A stretch of DNA of 26,426 bases from Myxococcales bacterium (lineage in GTDB: Bacteria; Myxococcota; Myxococcia; Myxococcales; Anaeromyxobacteraceae): assembly GCA_038320275.1 (NCBI GenBank), contig JBBQEB010000037.1, positions 1-26,426 on the forward strand. Direction: 5' to 3'. The notes under the pieces are model-generated. The model was not told the DNA's origin and did not search any database. It saw nothing but the letters and a program-made list of their open reading frames with translations. The position numbers were made by a program, and so were the translations under genes. Shown here piece after piece: positions 9,480 to 18,453 of this stretch (its first letter is position 1; every line of letters begins with the position of its first letter).

Positions 9480-10469
9480 TCAGCCGAGCGCGTTGGCGAG
9501 CTCGCCCGCGCTCTGGAGCCGATCCTGCGGGGCCCCCTGCAGCAGGCGGTCGGCAAGCTCGGCCAGGTGCGCGTTGGCCTCGGGGTTCAGCGCGAGCACC
9601 CTCGGCGGCGCGCCCTCCGCGAGCTCCCGGCAGAGGTCTTCGGGGCGCTCGGCGGAGAAGGGAGCGCGCCCGCACAGCAGCTCGAAGAGGACGGCCCCCA
9701 GGCTGTAGAGGTCGGAGCGTCCGTCCAGCGCGCCGCCGCACGCCTGCTCGGGGGACATGTAACGACAGGTGCCTGCCACCCGGTGGGCGCGGTCGGGGTC
9801 CGTGCCGGGGCCAGCCCTCTGCGCCAGCCCGAAGTCGAGGATGCGCGCCCGGCCGCTCCCGTCCACGAGGATGTTGGAGGGCTTGAGGTCGCGATGGACG
9901 AGTCCCCGCTCGTGGACGTGCGCGAGTCCGAGGCTCACCTGGCGAAGGACGCCCGCGAGCCGCGGTGCCCGCCCGGGCCGGTTGAGCCGAGCGCGAAGGG
10001 GAGCGGGCAGCGGAACGGGCGGCCTCCCCGGCGCGGCTTCGGTCGGGTGCTCGCCGGCGGGCACGCCGAAGAGGCTCACGGTGGCGGGCTCGTCCGCCCA
10101 CGCGTCGAGGTCGAAATTCCCCGCGCCGGGCGGAGGGCCCCCCTGGGGCGGCGCCGGCGAGCCACCGTCGAGCGCGGGGGAGAGGTAGGCGCGCAGATCG
10201 AGCCCATCGACGAGCTCCATCGCGAGGAACGCGTAGTCGCCGTGGACCCCACCGCCGAGCGCCCGCACGACGTTCTCGTGCGACAGCCGCCGGAGCACCT
10301 CGAGCTCTCGCGCCAACCGTCCTGCGGCAGCGGGGGCCTTCGCGAGCTCGAGGAGCTTCAGCGCCACCAGCTCTCCCGAGGTCGCGTGGCGGGCGCGGTG
10401 GACGGTGCCGACCCCGCCTCGGCCGAGCACCGCGAGCACCTCGTATGGGCCGACAGTCCACGGCGACAC
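9480..10469 (-). CDS. Hanks-type Ser/Thr protein kinase (catalytic domain only)
   Basis: GRGGVG, VALK, HRDLKPSN, DFG, GTCRYMSPE, DLYSLG. Start is GTG 10469 (leaderless model) or ATG 10481. Confidence 0.9.
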   Translation of the reverse strand: MSPWTVGPYEVLAVLGRGGVGTVHRARHATSGELVALKLLELAKAPAAAGRLARELEVLRRLSHENVVRALGGGVHGDYAFLAMELVDGLDLRAYLSPALDGGSPAPPQGGPPPGAGNFDLDAWADEPATVSLFGVPAGEHPTEAAPGRPPVPLPAPLRARLNRPGRAPRLAGVLRQVSLGLAHVHERGLVHRDLKPSNILVDGSGRARILDFGLAQRAGPGTDPDRAHRVAGTCRYMSPEQACGGALDGRSDLYSLGAVLFELLCGRAPFSAERPEDLCRELAEGAPPRVLALNPEANAHLAELADRLLQGAPQDRLQSAGELANALG

Positions 10470-10476
10470 GAGGACG

Positions 10477-10506
10477 AGCATACGGGCCGTGCGTCTGACG
10501 CGGCAA
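10477..10506 (-). promoter_or_regulatory. Putative promoter of the kinase gene
   Basis: TTGCCG-N18-TATGCT, 7 nt before GTG 10469. Confidence 0.55.
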
Positions 10507-10553
10507 GACACGGCACGGCTGCGCTTCCCTCGCCTCGGTCCCCCCGGCGTGCT

Positions 10554-11327
10554 ATGAGCCCGCGCGTGTTGGAGAAGCCTCGCATCGATGTCCTGCGGGA
10601 GAGGGTGCGCGCGCGGCCGCTTCCCCGCCACGTCGCCATCATCATGGACGGCAACGGCCGCTGGGCGGAGAGCCGCGGGCTCCCGCGCATCGCCGGCCAC
10701 CGCGAGGGCTCCGAGTCGGTGCGGGCCGTCACCCGCGAGGCGCGCCAGCTCGGCCTCCGGGCGCTCACCCTGTATGCCTTCAGCGCCCAGAACTGGGCCC
10801 GGCCCGCCGACGAGGTGGGGGCGCTCATGCAGCTCCTCGCCGATTTCCTGGAGTCGGAGCGGAACGAGATCCGGGAGAACGGCATCCGGCTGCGGGCGAT
10901 CGGCGAGATCGACAAGCTGCCGGACATGGTCCGCGAGCGGCTCGACACCGTCGGGGAGGAGTCGGCGGCGAACAGCGGCATGACCCTCACCCTCGCGCTC
11001 TCCTACGACGGCCGGGAGGAGATCGCGCAGGCAGCCCGCCGAGCCGCCGCGGCCCATGGCACGGGCTTCGGCATCGCCGAGATCGAGCGGGGTCTCTGGA
11101 CGGCCGAGCTGCCGGAGCTCGACCTCCTGGTGCGCACCAGCGGCGAGCGCCGCATCTCGAATTTCCTCCTCTGGCAGTGCGCGTATGCGGAGCTCGGGTT
11201 CAGCGAGGTGCTCTGGCCCGACTTCCGCGAAGAGGAGCTGCTTCTCGCCCTCGACGATTACCAGGCGCGAGAGCGGCGCTTCGGGCTCACCGGCGCCCAG
11301 GTGTCTGGCGCGTCCGGCACCGCATGA
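10554..11327 (+). CDS. uppS: Undecaprenyl diphosphate synthase
   Basis: PRHVAIIMDGNGRWA, YAFSAQNW, RTSGERRISNFLLWQ, RRFG. Start ATG 10554 or a nearby GTG. Confidence 0.97.
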   Translation: MSPRVLEKPRIDVLRERVRARPLPRHVAIIMDGNGRWAESRGLPRIAGHREGSESVRAVTREARQLGLRALTLYAFSAQNWARPADEVGALMQLLADFLESERNEIRENGIRLRAIGEIDKLPDMVRERLDTVGEESAANSGMTLTLALSYDGREEIAQAARRAAAAHGTGFGIAEIERGLWTAELPELDLLVRTSGERRISNFLLWQCAYAELGFSEVLWPDFREEELLLALDDYQARERRFGLTGAQVSGASGTA

Positions 11328-12187
11328 ACGAGAAGAACCGCAATCTCGCCCTGCGCGTCGGCTCGGCCCTCCTGCTGTTCCCACTGCTCGTCTGGGCCAC
11401 CTGGATGGGCGGGCTCGCGTTCACGGTGGTGCTCGTCTGCGCGGCGGCCATCTCCGCGCACGAGCTCATCGGGATGTTCACCGTGGTGGAGGGGCCGGAG
11501 TGGTTCGCAGTGGCCGTGGCGGCCTTGCTCCCCTTCGCGCCCTACTGGGCGGCCCATCACCAGGGCCACGTCTACCCCCCCGAGATCCCGGTGCTCCTGG
11601 CGGTCCTCGCGATGGCGCTCCTCATCGTCAACATGTTCCGCAGGGGCGCGCTGGAGGAGGCGCCCCGCCGCGCCGCCATCTCGGCGCTGGCCTGGATCTA
11701 CTGCGGCCTCCTCGTGGCGACGGTCAACGGGGTGCGGCAGCGGTTCGGGTTCGCCTGGGTGATCCTCGCCTTCGTGATCACCTGGATGAACGACATCTGC
11801 GCGTACTTCGCGGGCCGCTTCTTCGGCAAGCACCCCCTCTACCCGCGCGTCTCGCCCAAGAAGACGTGGGAGGGATTCGCCGGCGGGGTCGCCGGGAGCG
11901 TGCTCGGCGCACTGGTGGCGCGGGCCATCTTCCTCGCGGTCCCCTTGCCCGGCGACGAGAGCTTCGCGCTCTCCTGGGCAGGCTGCGTGGGCGTCGGACT
12001 GGGGGCGTCGGCGCTGGGCCCGGTCGGCGATCTCGTCGAGTCGATGTTCAAGCGCGCGGCCGGCGTGAAGGACTCGGGCAAGCTCATCCCCGGTCACGGC
12101 GGGATTCTCGACCGCATCGACGCGCTGCTCTTCGTGGGGCCCTGGGTCTACCTCTGGGCGTCCCTCATCTCGCGGCAGGGCTCGTGA
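11324..12187 (+). CDS. cdsA: Phosphatidate cytidylyltransferase
   Basis: SPKKTWEG, GDLVESMFKRAAGVKDSGKLIPGHGGILDRID; ATGA overlap with uppS. Confidence 0.97.
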   Translation: MNEKNRNLALRVGSALLLFPLLVWATWMGGLAFTVVLVCAAAISAHELIGMFTVVEGPEWFAVAVAALLPFAPYWAAHHQGHVYPPEIPVLLAVLAMALLIVNMFRRGALEEAPRRAAISALAWIYCGLLVATVNGVRQRFGFAWVILAFVITWMNDICAYFAGRFFGKHPLYPRVSPKKTWEGFAGGVAGSVLGALVARAIFLAVPLPGDESFALSWAGCVGVGLGASALGPVGDLVESMFKRAAGVKDSGKLIPGHGGILDRIDALLFVGPWVYLWASLISRQGS

Positions 12188-13341
12188 AGCGGCTCGCCAT
12201 CCTCGGCTGCACCGGCTCGGTGGGCGCGCAGGCGCTCGACGTGGTGGCGCGGGCGCCGGGGCGATTCGAGGTGGTGGCGCTCGCGGCCGGCAACAACGCC
12301 GACAAGGTGGCGGAGCAGGTGCGCCGCTTCTCGCCGCGCGCGGTGGCGCTCTCCGATCCGGAGGCCGCCGCCCGGCTGCGCCGCCTCCTGGGCGCGGGCG
12401 CGCCGGAGATCCTGGAGGGCGATGCGGGGGTGGCCGCGCTCGCGACCCGCCCCGACGTCGACTTCGTCCTGGCGGCCATCTCGGGCGGCGCCGGGCTTCG
12501 CTCCACCGCGGCCGCCATCGAGGCGGGCAAGGCGGTGGGGCTCGCCAACAAGGAGTCGATGGTGCTCGCGGGGGAGCTCCTCATGCGCCTCGCCCGCGAG
12601 AACGGGGTCTCCATCCTGCCGGTGGACAGCGAGCACTGCGCCATCTTCCAGTCCCTCGCCGGCCACGACCGGGCCCACGTGCGGCGGCTCTTGCTGACCG
12701 CCTCCGGCGGGCCGCTGCGCACGCTGCCCGAGGAGGAGCTCGCGAGCGTGAGCCCCGCCCGCGCGCTCCGGCATCCCAACTGGTCGATGGGCGACAAGAT
12801 CACCATCGACTCCGCCACGCTCATGAACAAGGGGCTCGAGGTCATCGAGGCGCGCTGGCTCTTCGACATCGACCCGCGCCGGATCGACATCGTCGTTCAC
12901 CCGGAGTCCATCGTGCACTCGATGGTGGAGTACGTGGACGGCTCGGTGGTGGCGCAGCTCGGGGTGTCCGACATGCGCGGCCCCATCAGCTACGCGCTCG
13001 CCTGGCCCGACCGGATCGCCCTCGACCTGCCGCCGCTCGACCTCTCCGGGCTGGGCCGCCTCACCTTCGAACCGCCCGATCCGAAGCGCTTCCCGGCCTA
13101 CACGCTCGCCTACCGCGCCCTCGAGATGGGCGGCACCGCCCCCGCCGTTCTCTCCGGAGCGGACGAGGCGGCGGTGGCGGCGTTTCTCGCCGGCCGGGTG
13201 GCGTTCCCCGACATCGCCCGCATCTGCGCGGAGGTGCTGGAAGCCCACGTGCCCCAGCCGGTCCTCTCGGTGGACGGCGCGCTGGCGGCGAGCGACCTGG
13301 GGCGAGAGCAAGCCGGGCAGGCCGTCGAGCGCAGGGGGTAG
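12184..13341 (+). CDS. dxr: 1-deoxy-D-xylulose 5-phosphate reductoisomerase
   Basis: GTG start overlapping the cdsA stop; LGCTGSVG, LANKES, PVDSEH, TASGGP, HPNWSMG, NKGLEVIEA. Confidence 0.98.
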   Translation: MKRLAILGCTGSVGAQALDVVARAPGRFEVVALAAGNNADKVAEQVRRFSPRAVALSDPEAAARLRRLLGAGAPEILEGDAGVAALATRPDVDFVLAAISGGAGLRSTAAAIEAGKAVGLANKESMVLAGELLMRLARENGVSILPVDSEHCAIFQSLAGHDRAHVRRLLLTASGGPLRTLPEEELASVSPARALRHPNWSMGDKITIDSATLMNKGLEVIEARWLFDIDPRRIDIVVHPESIVHSMVEYVDGSVVAQLGVSDMRGPISYALAWPDRIALDLPPLDLSGLGRLTFEPPDPKRFPAYTLAYRALEMGGTAPAVLSGADEAAVAAFLAGRVAFPDIARICAEVLEAHVPQPVLSVDGALAASDLGREQAGQAVERRG

Positions 13342-13466
13342 ACCGGAACGAGCGGCCACGGCGCCCCTTCGCCGTGCAGTCCGGCTCGCGGCAGGCCATG
13401 TTGTGAGGAGGGGCGCCGCGGGCTCGGCCGCGTCCCGCCTGCCGACACGCCGGGCCCTCCTCGCGC

Positions 13467-15146
13467 ATGCCCCCCGACCTCCTCCTCAAGATCGGCTCCG
13501 TCGTCCTGCTCCTGGGCGGCCTCATCTTCATCCACGAGCTGGGCCACTTCATCGCCGCCAAGGCCCTGGGCGTGAAGGTCCTGAAGTTCTCCATCGGGTT
13601 CGGGCCGCGGCTGTTCGCGATCTCGCGCGGCGAGACCGAGTACCGCATCGCCGCCCTCCCGCTGGGCGGCTACGTCAAGATGGCCGGCGACGATCCCAGC
13701 GAGGAGCTTCCTTCCGCCGACCGGGGGAGGGGCTTCCTGGAGCAGGCGCCCTGGCGCCGATTCGTCATCGCGGCCGCCGGCCCGGCGATGAACCTCGCCT
13801 TCCCCGTCCTCCTCTACCTGGCGCTGGGCCTGGCGCAGAACGGGAAGCTCGTGCCTGGCCCGCGGGTGGGCGCGCTGGCGCCGGGATCGCCCGCGGCGCA
13901 AGCCGGGCTTCGGCCCGGCGACCGCATCCTCTCGGTGGCGCAGGGCGGCCGGGCGCCGGTGGCGGTGCGCTACTTCGCCGACCTGCGCGAGCTCGTGTCG
14001 CCACACCCTGGCGAGCCGCTCTCCATCGAGGTGGAGCGCGACGGCGCGCGGCTGCCCCCACTGACGCTCACACCGGCGCCCGAGCGCGAGTCGAATCCGC
14101 TGGAGACGACCACCCGCGGCGTCATCGGGGTGACCCCGGCCTATTCACCCGCCGTGGTGGCTCCCGCCGCCGTTGCGGCCCGCGCCGGCGTCGAGCCCTT
14201 CGACCTGGTGGTGGCGATGGCCGGAAAGCCGGTGGCCCACGCCGGTGATCTCCTGCGCGCCCTCGGCGCCGCCCGGTGCGCGCCGGTGGACCTCGACGTG
14301 GTGCGCGAGCGCCCTGTGCGCCTCCCGGGCGTCGCCGTGTCCACCTATGGCGCCGTCTCCCTCCGGAATGTGCCCACCTGTGGGCCGGGGGGCGAGACCG
14401 CGCTCGCCCTGGCCGACCCGGGCATCTCCACCTTCGTGGCCACGGTTTCCCAGGGCGGCCCCGCCGAGGCGGCCGGGCTCCGCCGCGGCGACGCCATCGC
14501 GGCAGTGAACGGCCATCCGGTGCGCTCCTTCCGCGACATCAACGCCCGCGCGAGCGACTTCAAGGCCGGTCAGCCGGTGGCGCTCCTGCTCGCCGACGGC
14601 CGCCCGGTGAACCTCGTGCCGGCCGAGCGCATGGAGGTGGACGAGCTCACCCGCGAGTCGCGCCCGCGCCTCGTGCTGGGCTTCGGACCCGACCAGCGCT
14701 CCCTCGTCGAGCCGGCGGCGCTCCTGGTGGAGCGGGTGGCGCTGCATGTCGGGCCCCTCGCGGCGCTCCGGAACGCGGGGCAGAACCTGGCCGAGGTGGT
14801 CCGGCTCACCGCGCTCGGCATCGCGCGCATCGTCACCGGCCAGATCAGCATCAAGACGGTGGGCGGCCCCATCATGCTGTTCTCCATCGCGGCGCAGGCC
14901 GTGGACGAGGGCGTGGAGAGCTTCCTGTTCAAGATGGCGCTCATCAGCGTGAACCTCGGCCTCATGAACCTCCTGCCCATCCCGGTGCTCGACGGCGGCC
15001 ACCTCGCCACCTGCCTCGTCGAGAGCGTCACGCGTCGCCCGCTCTCCATCCGCGCGCGGGAGATCGCGAACCTCGTCGGCATCGTGCTCCTCGTCATGCT
15101 GATGATCGTGGTGTTCAAGAACGACATCGCGCGGCTGATGGGTTGA
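13467..15146 (+). CDS. rseP: Intramembrane zinc metalloprotease RseP (M50) with multiple PDZ-like units
   Basis: HELGH, PLGGYVKM, AGP, NLLPIPVLDGG; three (P)A..AG...GD-type PDZ signatures; conserved position after dxr. Confidence 0.95.
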   Translation: MPPDLLLKIGSVVLLLGGLIFIHELGHFIAAKALGVKVLKFSIGFGPRLFAISRGETEYRIAALPLGGYVKMAGDDPSEELPSADRGRGFLEQAPWRRFVIAAAGPAMNLAFPVLLYLALGLAQNGKLVPGPRVGALAPGSPAAQAGLRPGDRILSVAQGGRAPVAVRYFADLRELVSPHPGEPLSIEVERDGARLPPLTLTPAPERESNPLETTTRGVIGVTPAYSPAVVAPAAVAARAGVEPFDLVVAMAGKPVAHAGDLLRALGAARCAPVDLDVVRERPVRLPGVAVSTYGAVSLRNVPTCGPGGETALALADPGISTFVATVSQGGPAEAAGLRRGDAIAAVNGHPVRSFRDINARASDFKAGQPVALLLADGRPVNLVPAERMEVDELTRESRPRLVLGFGPDQRSLVEPAALLVERVALHVGPLAALRNAGQNLAEVVRLTALGIARIVTGQISIKTVGGPIMLFSIAAQAVDEGVESFLFKMALISVNLGLMNLLPIPVLDGGHLATCLVESVTRRPLSIRAREIANLVGIVLLVMLMIVVFKNDIARLMG

Positions 15147-15151
15147 CTCGC

Positions 15152-15934
15152 ATGCTGGTCGCCGCGCTCGACACCTCCACCCTCGCGCTCTCGTGCGCGC
15201 TCTGCGAGGTGGAGCCGGGGAGCGTCCGGGTGATCGCGGAGCGCACCGAGCACGCGCCGGCCAAGGGCGCGCGCGGCGGGCCCAGCGGCGGGCACGGTGG
15301 AAGGCTCCCCGGCGCGCTCTCCGACCTCCTGCTCGCCGAGGGGCGGACGCTGGCGGAGGTGGAGGGCTACGCCATCGGCCTCGGGCCCGGTTCCTTCACC
15401 GGACTGCGCATCGGGCTCGCCACGTGGAAGGGGCTCGCCTACGGCAACGCGCGGCCACTGGCCGGCTGCTCGAGCCTGGCCGCGCTGGCGATCGCCGCCG
15501 CCGCGGGCGCGGAGCCCGGGGCGCTGCTCGTCCCGCTCCTCGACGCGCGCAAGGGGGAGGTGTACGCGGGGTTCTACCGGGCGGCGCCGGACGGTCGGTC
15601 CGTGGAGGCGGTGGCGCCGGAGGAGGCGCTCGCGCCCAGCGCGCTCGCCGAGCGGCTCGTCGCCCAGGCTGCCGCGGGGGCGAACCCGGCGCTGTTCGGG
15701 GGCGGCTTGTTCGCCTATCCGGACGCCTTCGCGAGGCTGCCGCGGCTCGCCGGGGCCGCTTCCGCGCCATCCGCCGAGAGCGTGGCCCGGCTCTGCGCGC
15801 CCGCGCTCCTCGACCGGGCCTACGACGCGGCAGCGGTCTTCGCGCTCGAGCCTCACTACGTGCGCCCGAGCGAGGCCGAGGTGCGGTTTCCCCATGGGCA
15901 GGGGCCGGGGGCGGAGCGCGGCGGCGCACATTAA
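15152..15934 (+). CDS. tsaB: tRNA threonylcarbamoyladenosine biosynthesis protein TsaB
   Basis: MLVAALDTST, GPGSFTGLRIG, DARKGEVY, LEPHYVR. Confidence 0.95.
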   Translation: MLVAALDTSTLALSCALCEVEPGSVRVIAERTEHAPAKGARGGPSGGHGGRLPGALSDLLLAEGRTLAEVEGYAIGLGPGSFTGLRIGLATWKGLAYGNARPLAGCSSLAALAIAAAAGAEPGALLVPLLDARKGEVYAGFYRAAPDGRSVEAVAPEEALAPSALAERLVAQAAAGANPALFGGGLFAYPDAFARLPRLAGAASAPSAESVARLCAPALLDRAYDAAAVFALEPHYVRPSEAEVRFPHGQGPGAERGGAH

Positions 15935-15944
15935 GAAACTCGAC

Positions 15945-17435
15945 TTGGAGCCCGCAACCTTCCGTCCCCGCATCGCTCGCCTCGGTCCACAGCTTCTCGC
16001 GGGAGGTGCCGCGGGCGGCATCGTGGGCGTCGTGGCGCACATCCCGCTCCTCCTCGCCTTCCTGTTCGGCGCCATCGCTTCCGCGCTGGCGGTCTCGATG
16101 CGGCACGCGGGCGCGCTCCGGGTGGTGGCCGACGAGCGCGGCGTGCGCGTCCTGGGCGGCGAAGCGCCGGTGGACGCGGCGTGGGGCGCCGTGAAGCTCG
16201 GGTTCGGCCTCGCACAGCGCGCCGACGGCCAGGTGCGGCGCTACGCGGTGTTCGCCGACGGGCTCGGCCGCAGCTTCCCCTTCGCCGACCAGGGCGCTGG
16301 GCTCTCCGGCCACCCGGTGCAGGGCGCGGATGGCAAGCCCGCGCCGGTGGTGGAGCTGCGCGATGCTCCGCTCCTGCTGGGCCTCCTCATCCAGCGCGCT
16401 CCGGCCTGGAACGTCCTGCCGGAGCCCCTGCGGGAGGCGCCCGCGCCGTCCCTCGACGTCGATGTCACCGTCGCGGAGCCCGCGGCAGGGACGCAGGCTG
16501 GCAAGGCCGCCGCGCGGGGCAAGCCCGGCGAGCGGCGCGTCGGGATCTGGGGCGTGGCGGTGAAGCTCGGCGCCGGGGCGCTCAAGGCCGCCAAGACCGC
16601 CAAGCTGGGCTGGCTCGCCGCCTCGGCCGCGGCCTACTCCTTCCTCTTCTCCTGGAAGTTCGCGGTGACGCTGCTGGTGCAGCTCATCGTCCACGAGTAC
16701 GGCCATGTCCACGCCATGCGGCGCACCGGGATGAAGGTGCGCGGCATGTACTTCCTCCCGCTGGTGGGAGCCGTCGCCGTGAGCGAGGACGACTTCACCA
16801 CTCGCAGGCAACAGGTCTATGTGGCCATGAACGGGCCGATCTGGGGCTCGCTCCTCACTGTCCTGCCGCTGGGGCTCTGGCGCTTCACCGGGCACGCCGA
16901 GTGGGCCACCGTCGCGAGCTGGTGGGCGCTCCTCAACCTTTTCAACCTCCTGCCCATCTCGCCGCTCGACGGGGGCCGGATCATGCAGGCCTTCGCGAGC
17001 TCGTTCTCGTCCGGGGTCGGCGTCGCCGCCTCCGTGCTCGGGCTCTCCGGCGCGGTCGCGCTCGCCTCCACCACGGGCTTCTCGCTCCTCTGGCTGGTGG
17101 CGATGTTTGGCGCCATGGAGCTCGCGGGGGAGATGCAGGCCCGGACCGGCTCGCGCGCGCTGCGGCTCCTGCCCGAGCCGGCGCGCTTCCGTCCGCCGCA
17201 CTGGCTCTTCATGCGGGCGGCGGTGGGTGGAGTGGGGGCAGGGGGCCCCGCGGACGCGATGTTCCTGCGGACCCTCGCACGGCAGGAGAAGACCGCCCGC
17301 GCCGAGCCGCTCCGTCCCTTGGAGCTCCTCGCATGGGGTCTCGCCTATGCTGGGCTCGCGGCCGGGCTCGTCCTCCTGGTGTGGGCTCTGCGGCACGTGC
17401 CCGGCGCCGACGCCGCCTCCAAGGTGCTCGAGTGA
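15945..17435 (+). CDS. Site-2 protease family (M50) protein with long N-terminal extension
   Basis: HEYGH, NGP, NLFNLLPISPLDGG; multiple TM segments; probable TTG start at 15945 (uncertain). Confidence 0.85.
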   Translation: MEPATFRPRIARLGPQLLAGGAAGGIVGVVAHIPLLLAFLFGAIASALAVSMRHAGALRVVADERGVRVLGGEAPVDAAWGAVKLGFGLAQRADGQVRRYAVFADGLGRSFPFADQGAGLSGHPVQGADGKPAPVVELRDAPLLLGLLIQRAPAWNVLPEPLREAPAPSLDVDVTVAEPAAGTQAGKAAARGKPGERRVGIWGVAVKLGAGALKAAKTAKLGWLAASAAAYSFLFSWKFAVTLLVQLIVHEYGHVHAMRRTGMKVRGMYFLPLVGAVAVSEDDFTTRRQQVYVAMNGPIWGSLLTVLPLGLWRFTGHAEWATVASWWALLNLFNLLPISPLDGGRIMQAFASSFSSGVGVAASVLGLSGAVALASTTGFSLLWLVAMFGAMELAGEMQARTGSRALRLLPEPARFRPPHWLFMRAAVGGVGAGGPADAMFLRTLARQEKTARAEPLRPLELLAWGLAYAGLAAGLVLLVWALRHVPGADAASKVLE

Positions 17436-18331
17436 GAAAGGTGTTCGTGACCGGCGCCACCGGGCTCATCGGCCGCGCCCTCGTGAGCGCGCTCCTGGAG
17501 CGTGGCGACGCGGTGATCGCGCTCACGCGCTCCAGGGCGGGCCGTTCCCCCGGCGGCGCCACCGTGGTGCAGGGCGACCCGGCGGTGCCCGGGCCCTGGC
17601 AGGAGGCGCTCGCGGCCTGCGACGCCTGCGTGCACCTCGCCGGAGAGCCCGTCGCGGCGGGCCGCTGGACCGAGGAGCGCAAGCGGAGGATCTGGGAGAG
17701 CCGCGTGCTCTCGACGCGCAACGTGGCCGAGACGGTGGCCCGCGGCCGCCCCGAGGTACTCGTCTCCGGCAGTGCCATCGGCTACTACGGCGCGCGCGGC
17801 GACGACGAGCTCGACGAGGGCGCGCCGCCCGGCAGCGACTTCCTGGCGCGCGTCTGCGTGGACTGGGAGGGCGCCAGCGAGCCGGCCCGCGCCCGCGCGC
17901 GGGTGGTGCTCCTCCGCACCGGCATCGTCCTCGCCGCCAGCGGGGGCGCGCTCCCGCAGATGATGCTTCCCTTCCGCTATTTCGCGGGAGGGCCCGTCGG
18001 CAAGGGCGAGTTCTGGCAATCCTGGATCCACCTCGCCGACGAGGTCGGGCTCATCCTGTGGGCGCTCGACGGCTCCGGCGTGGAAGGGCCGCTCAACGCC
18101 ACCGCGCCAGCCCCGGTGCGCAATCGGGAGCTCGCAAAGGCCCTCGGGCGCGTCCTCCACCGGCCCAGCGCCATCCCCGTGCCCGTGGCGGCGTTGAAGC
18201 TCACCTTGGGGGAGCTGGCTTCCGTGGTGACCACCGGACAGCGGGTGCTGCCGCGGAAAGCGGTGGACGGAGGGTACGCGTTCAGGTTCCCGGAGGTGGA
18301 GGGGGCGCTGAGGGAGTTGGTGGGGCGGTAG
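17432..18331 (+). CDS. TIGR01777-family NAD-dependent epimerase/oxidoreductase (YfcH-like)
   Basis: GTG start overlapping the upstream TGA; VFVTGATGLIG, HLAGE, SAIGYYG, RTGIVL, SWIH, NATAP, GQRVLP. Confidence 0.92.
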   Translation: MRKVFVTGATGLIGRALVSALLERGDAVIALTRSRAGRSPGGATVVQGDPAVPGPWQEALAACDACVHLAGEPVAAGRWTEERKRRIWESRVLSTRNVAETVARGRPEVLVSGSAIGYYGARGDDELDEGAPPGSDFLARVCVDWEGASEPARARARVVLLRTGIVLAASGGALPQMMLPFRYFAGGPVGKGEFWQSWIHLADEVGLILWALDGSGVEGPLNATAPAPVRNRELAKALGRVLHRPSAIPVPVAALKLTLGELASVVTTGQRVLPRKAVDGGYAFRFPEVEGALRELVGR

Positions 18332-18453
18332 GGAGCGGGGAGGGCGCTGTCTCGACAACCGCATCTTGGGTACGCCAGACCCGATCCGCGCCTGCCGGGG
18401 TCAAGTCCCTTTTTCTGTGTTGATCGGACGCAGAGTCAAGCTCCTCGTTCTCT

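Noticed and set aside
9417..11384. Kinase-UppS fusion or long overlap suggested by 636-aa and 634-aa ORFs
   Set aside because: Two divergent genes on opposite strands whose open frames extend through each other; true starts are near 10469 and 10554.
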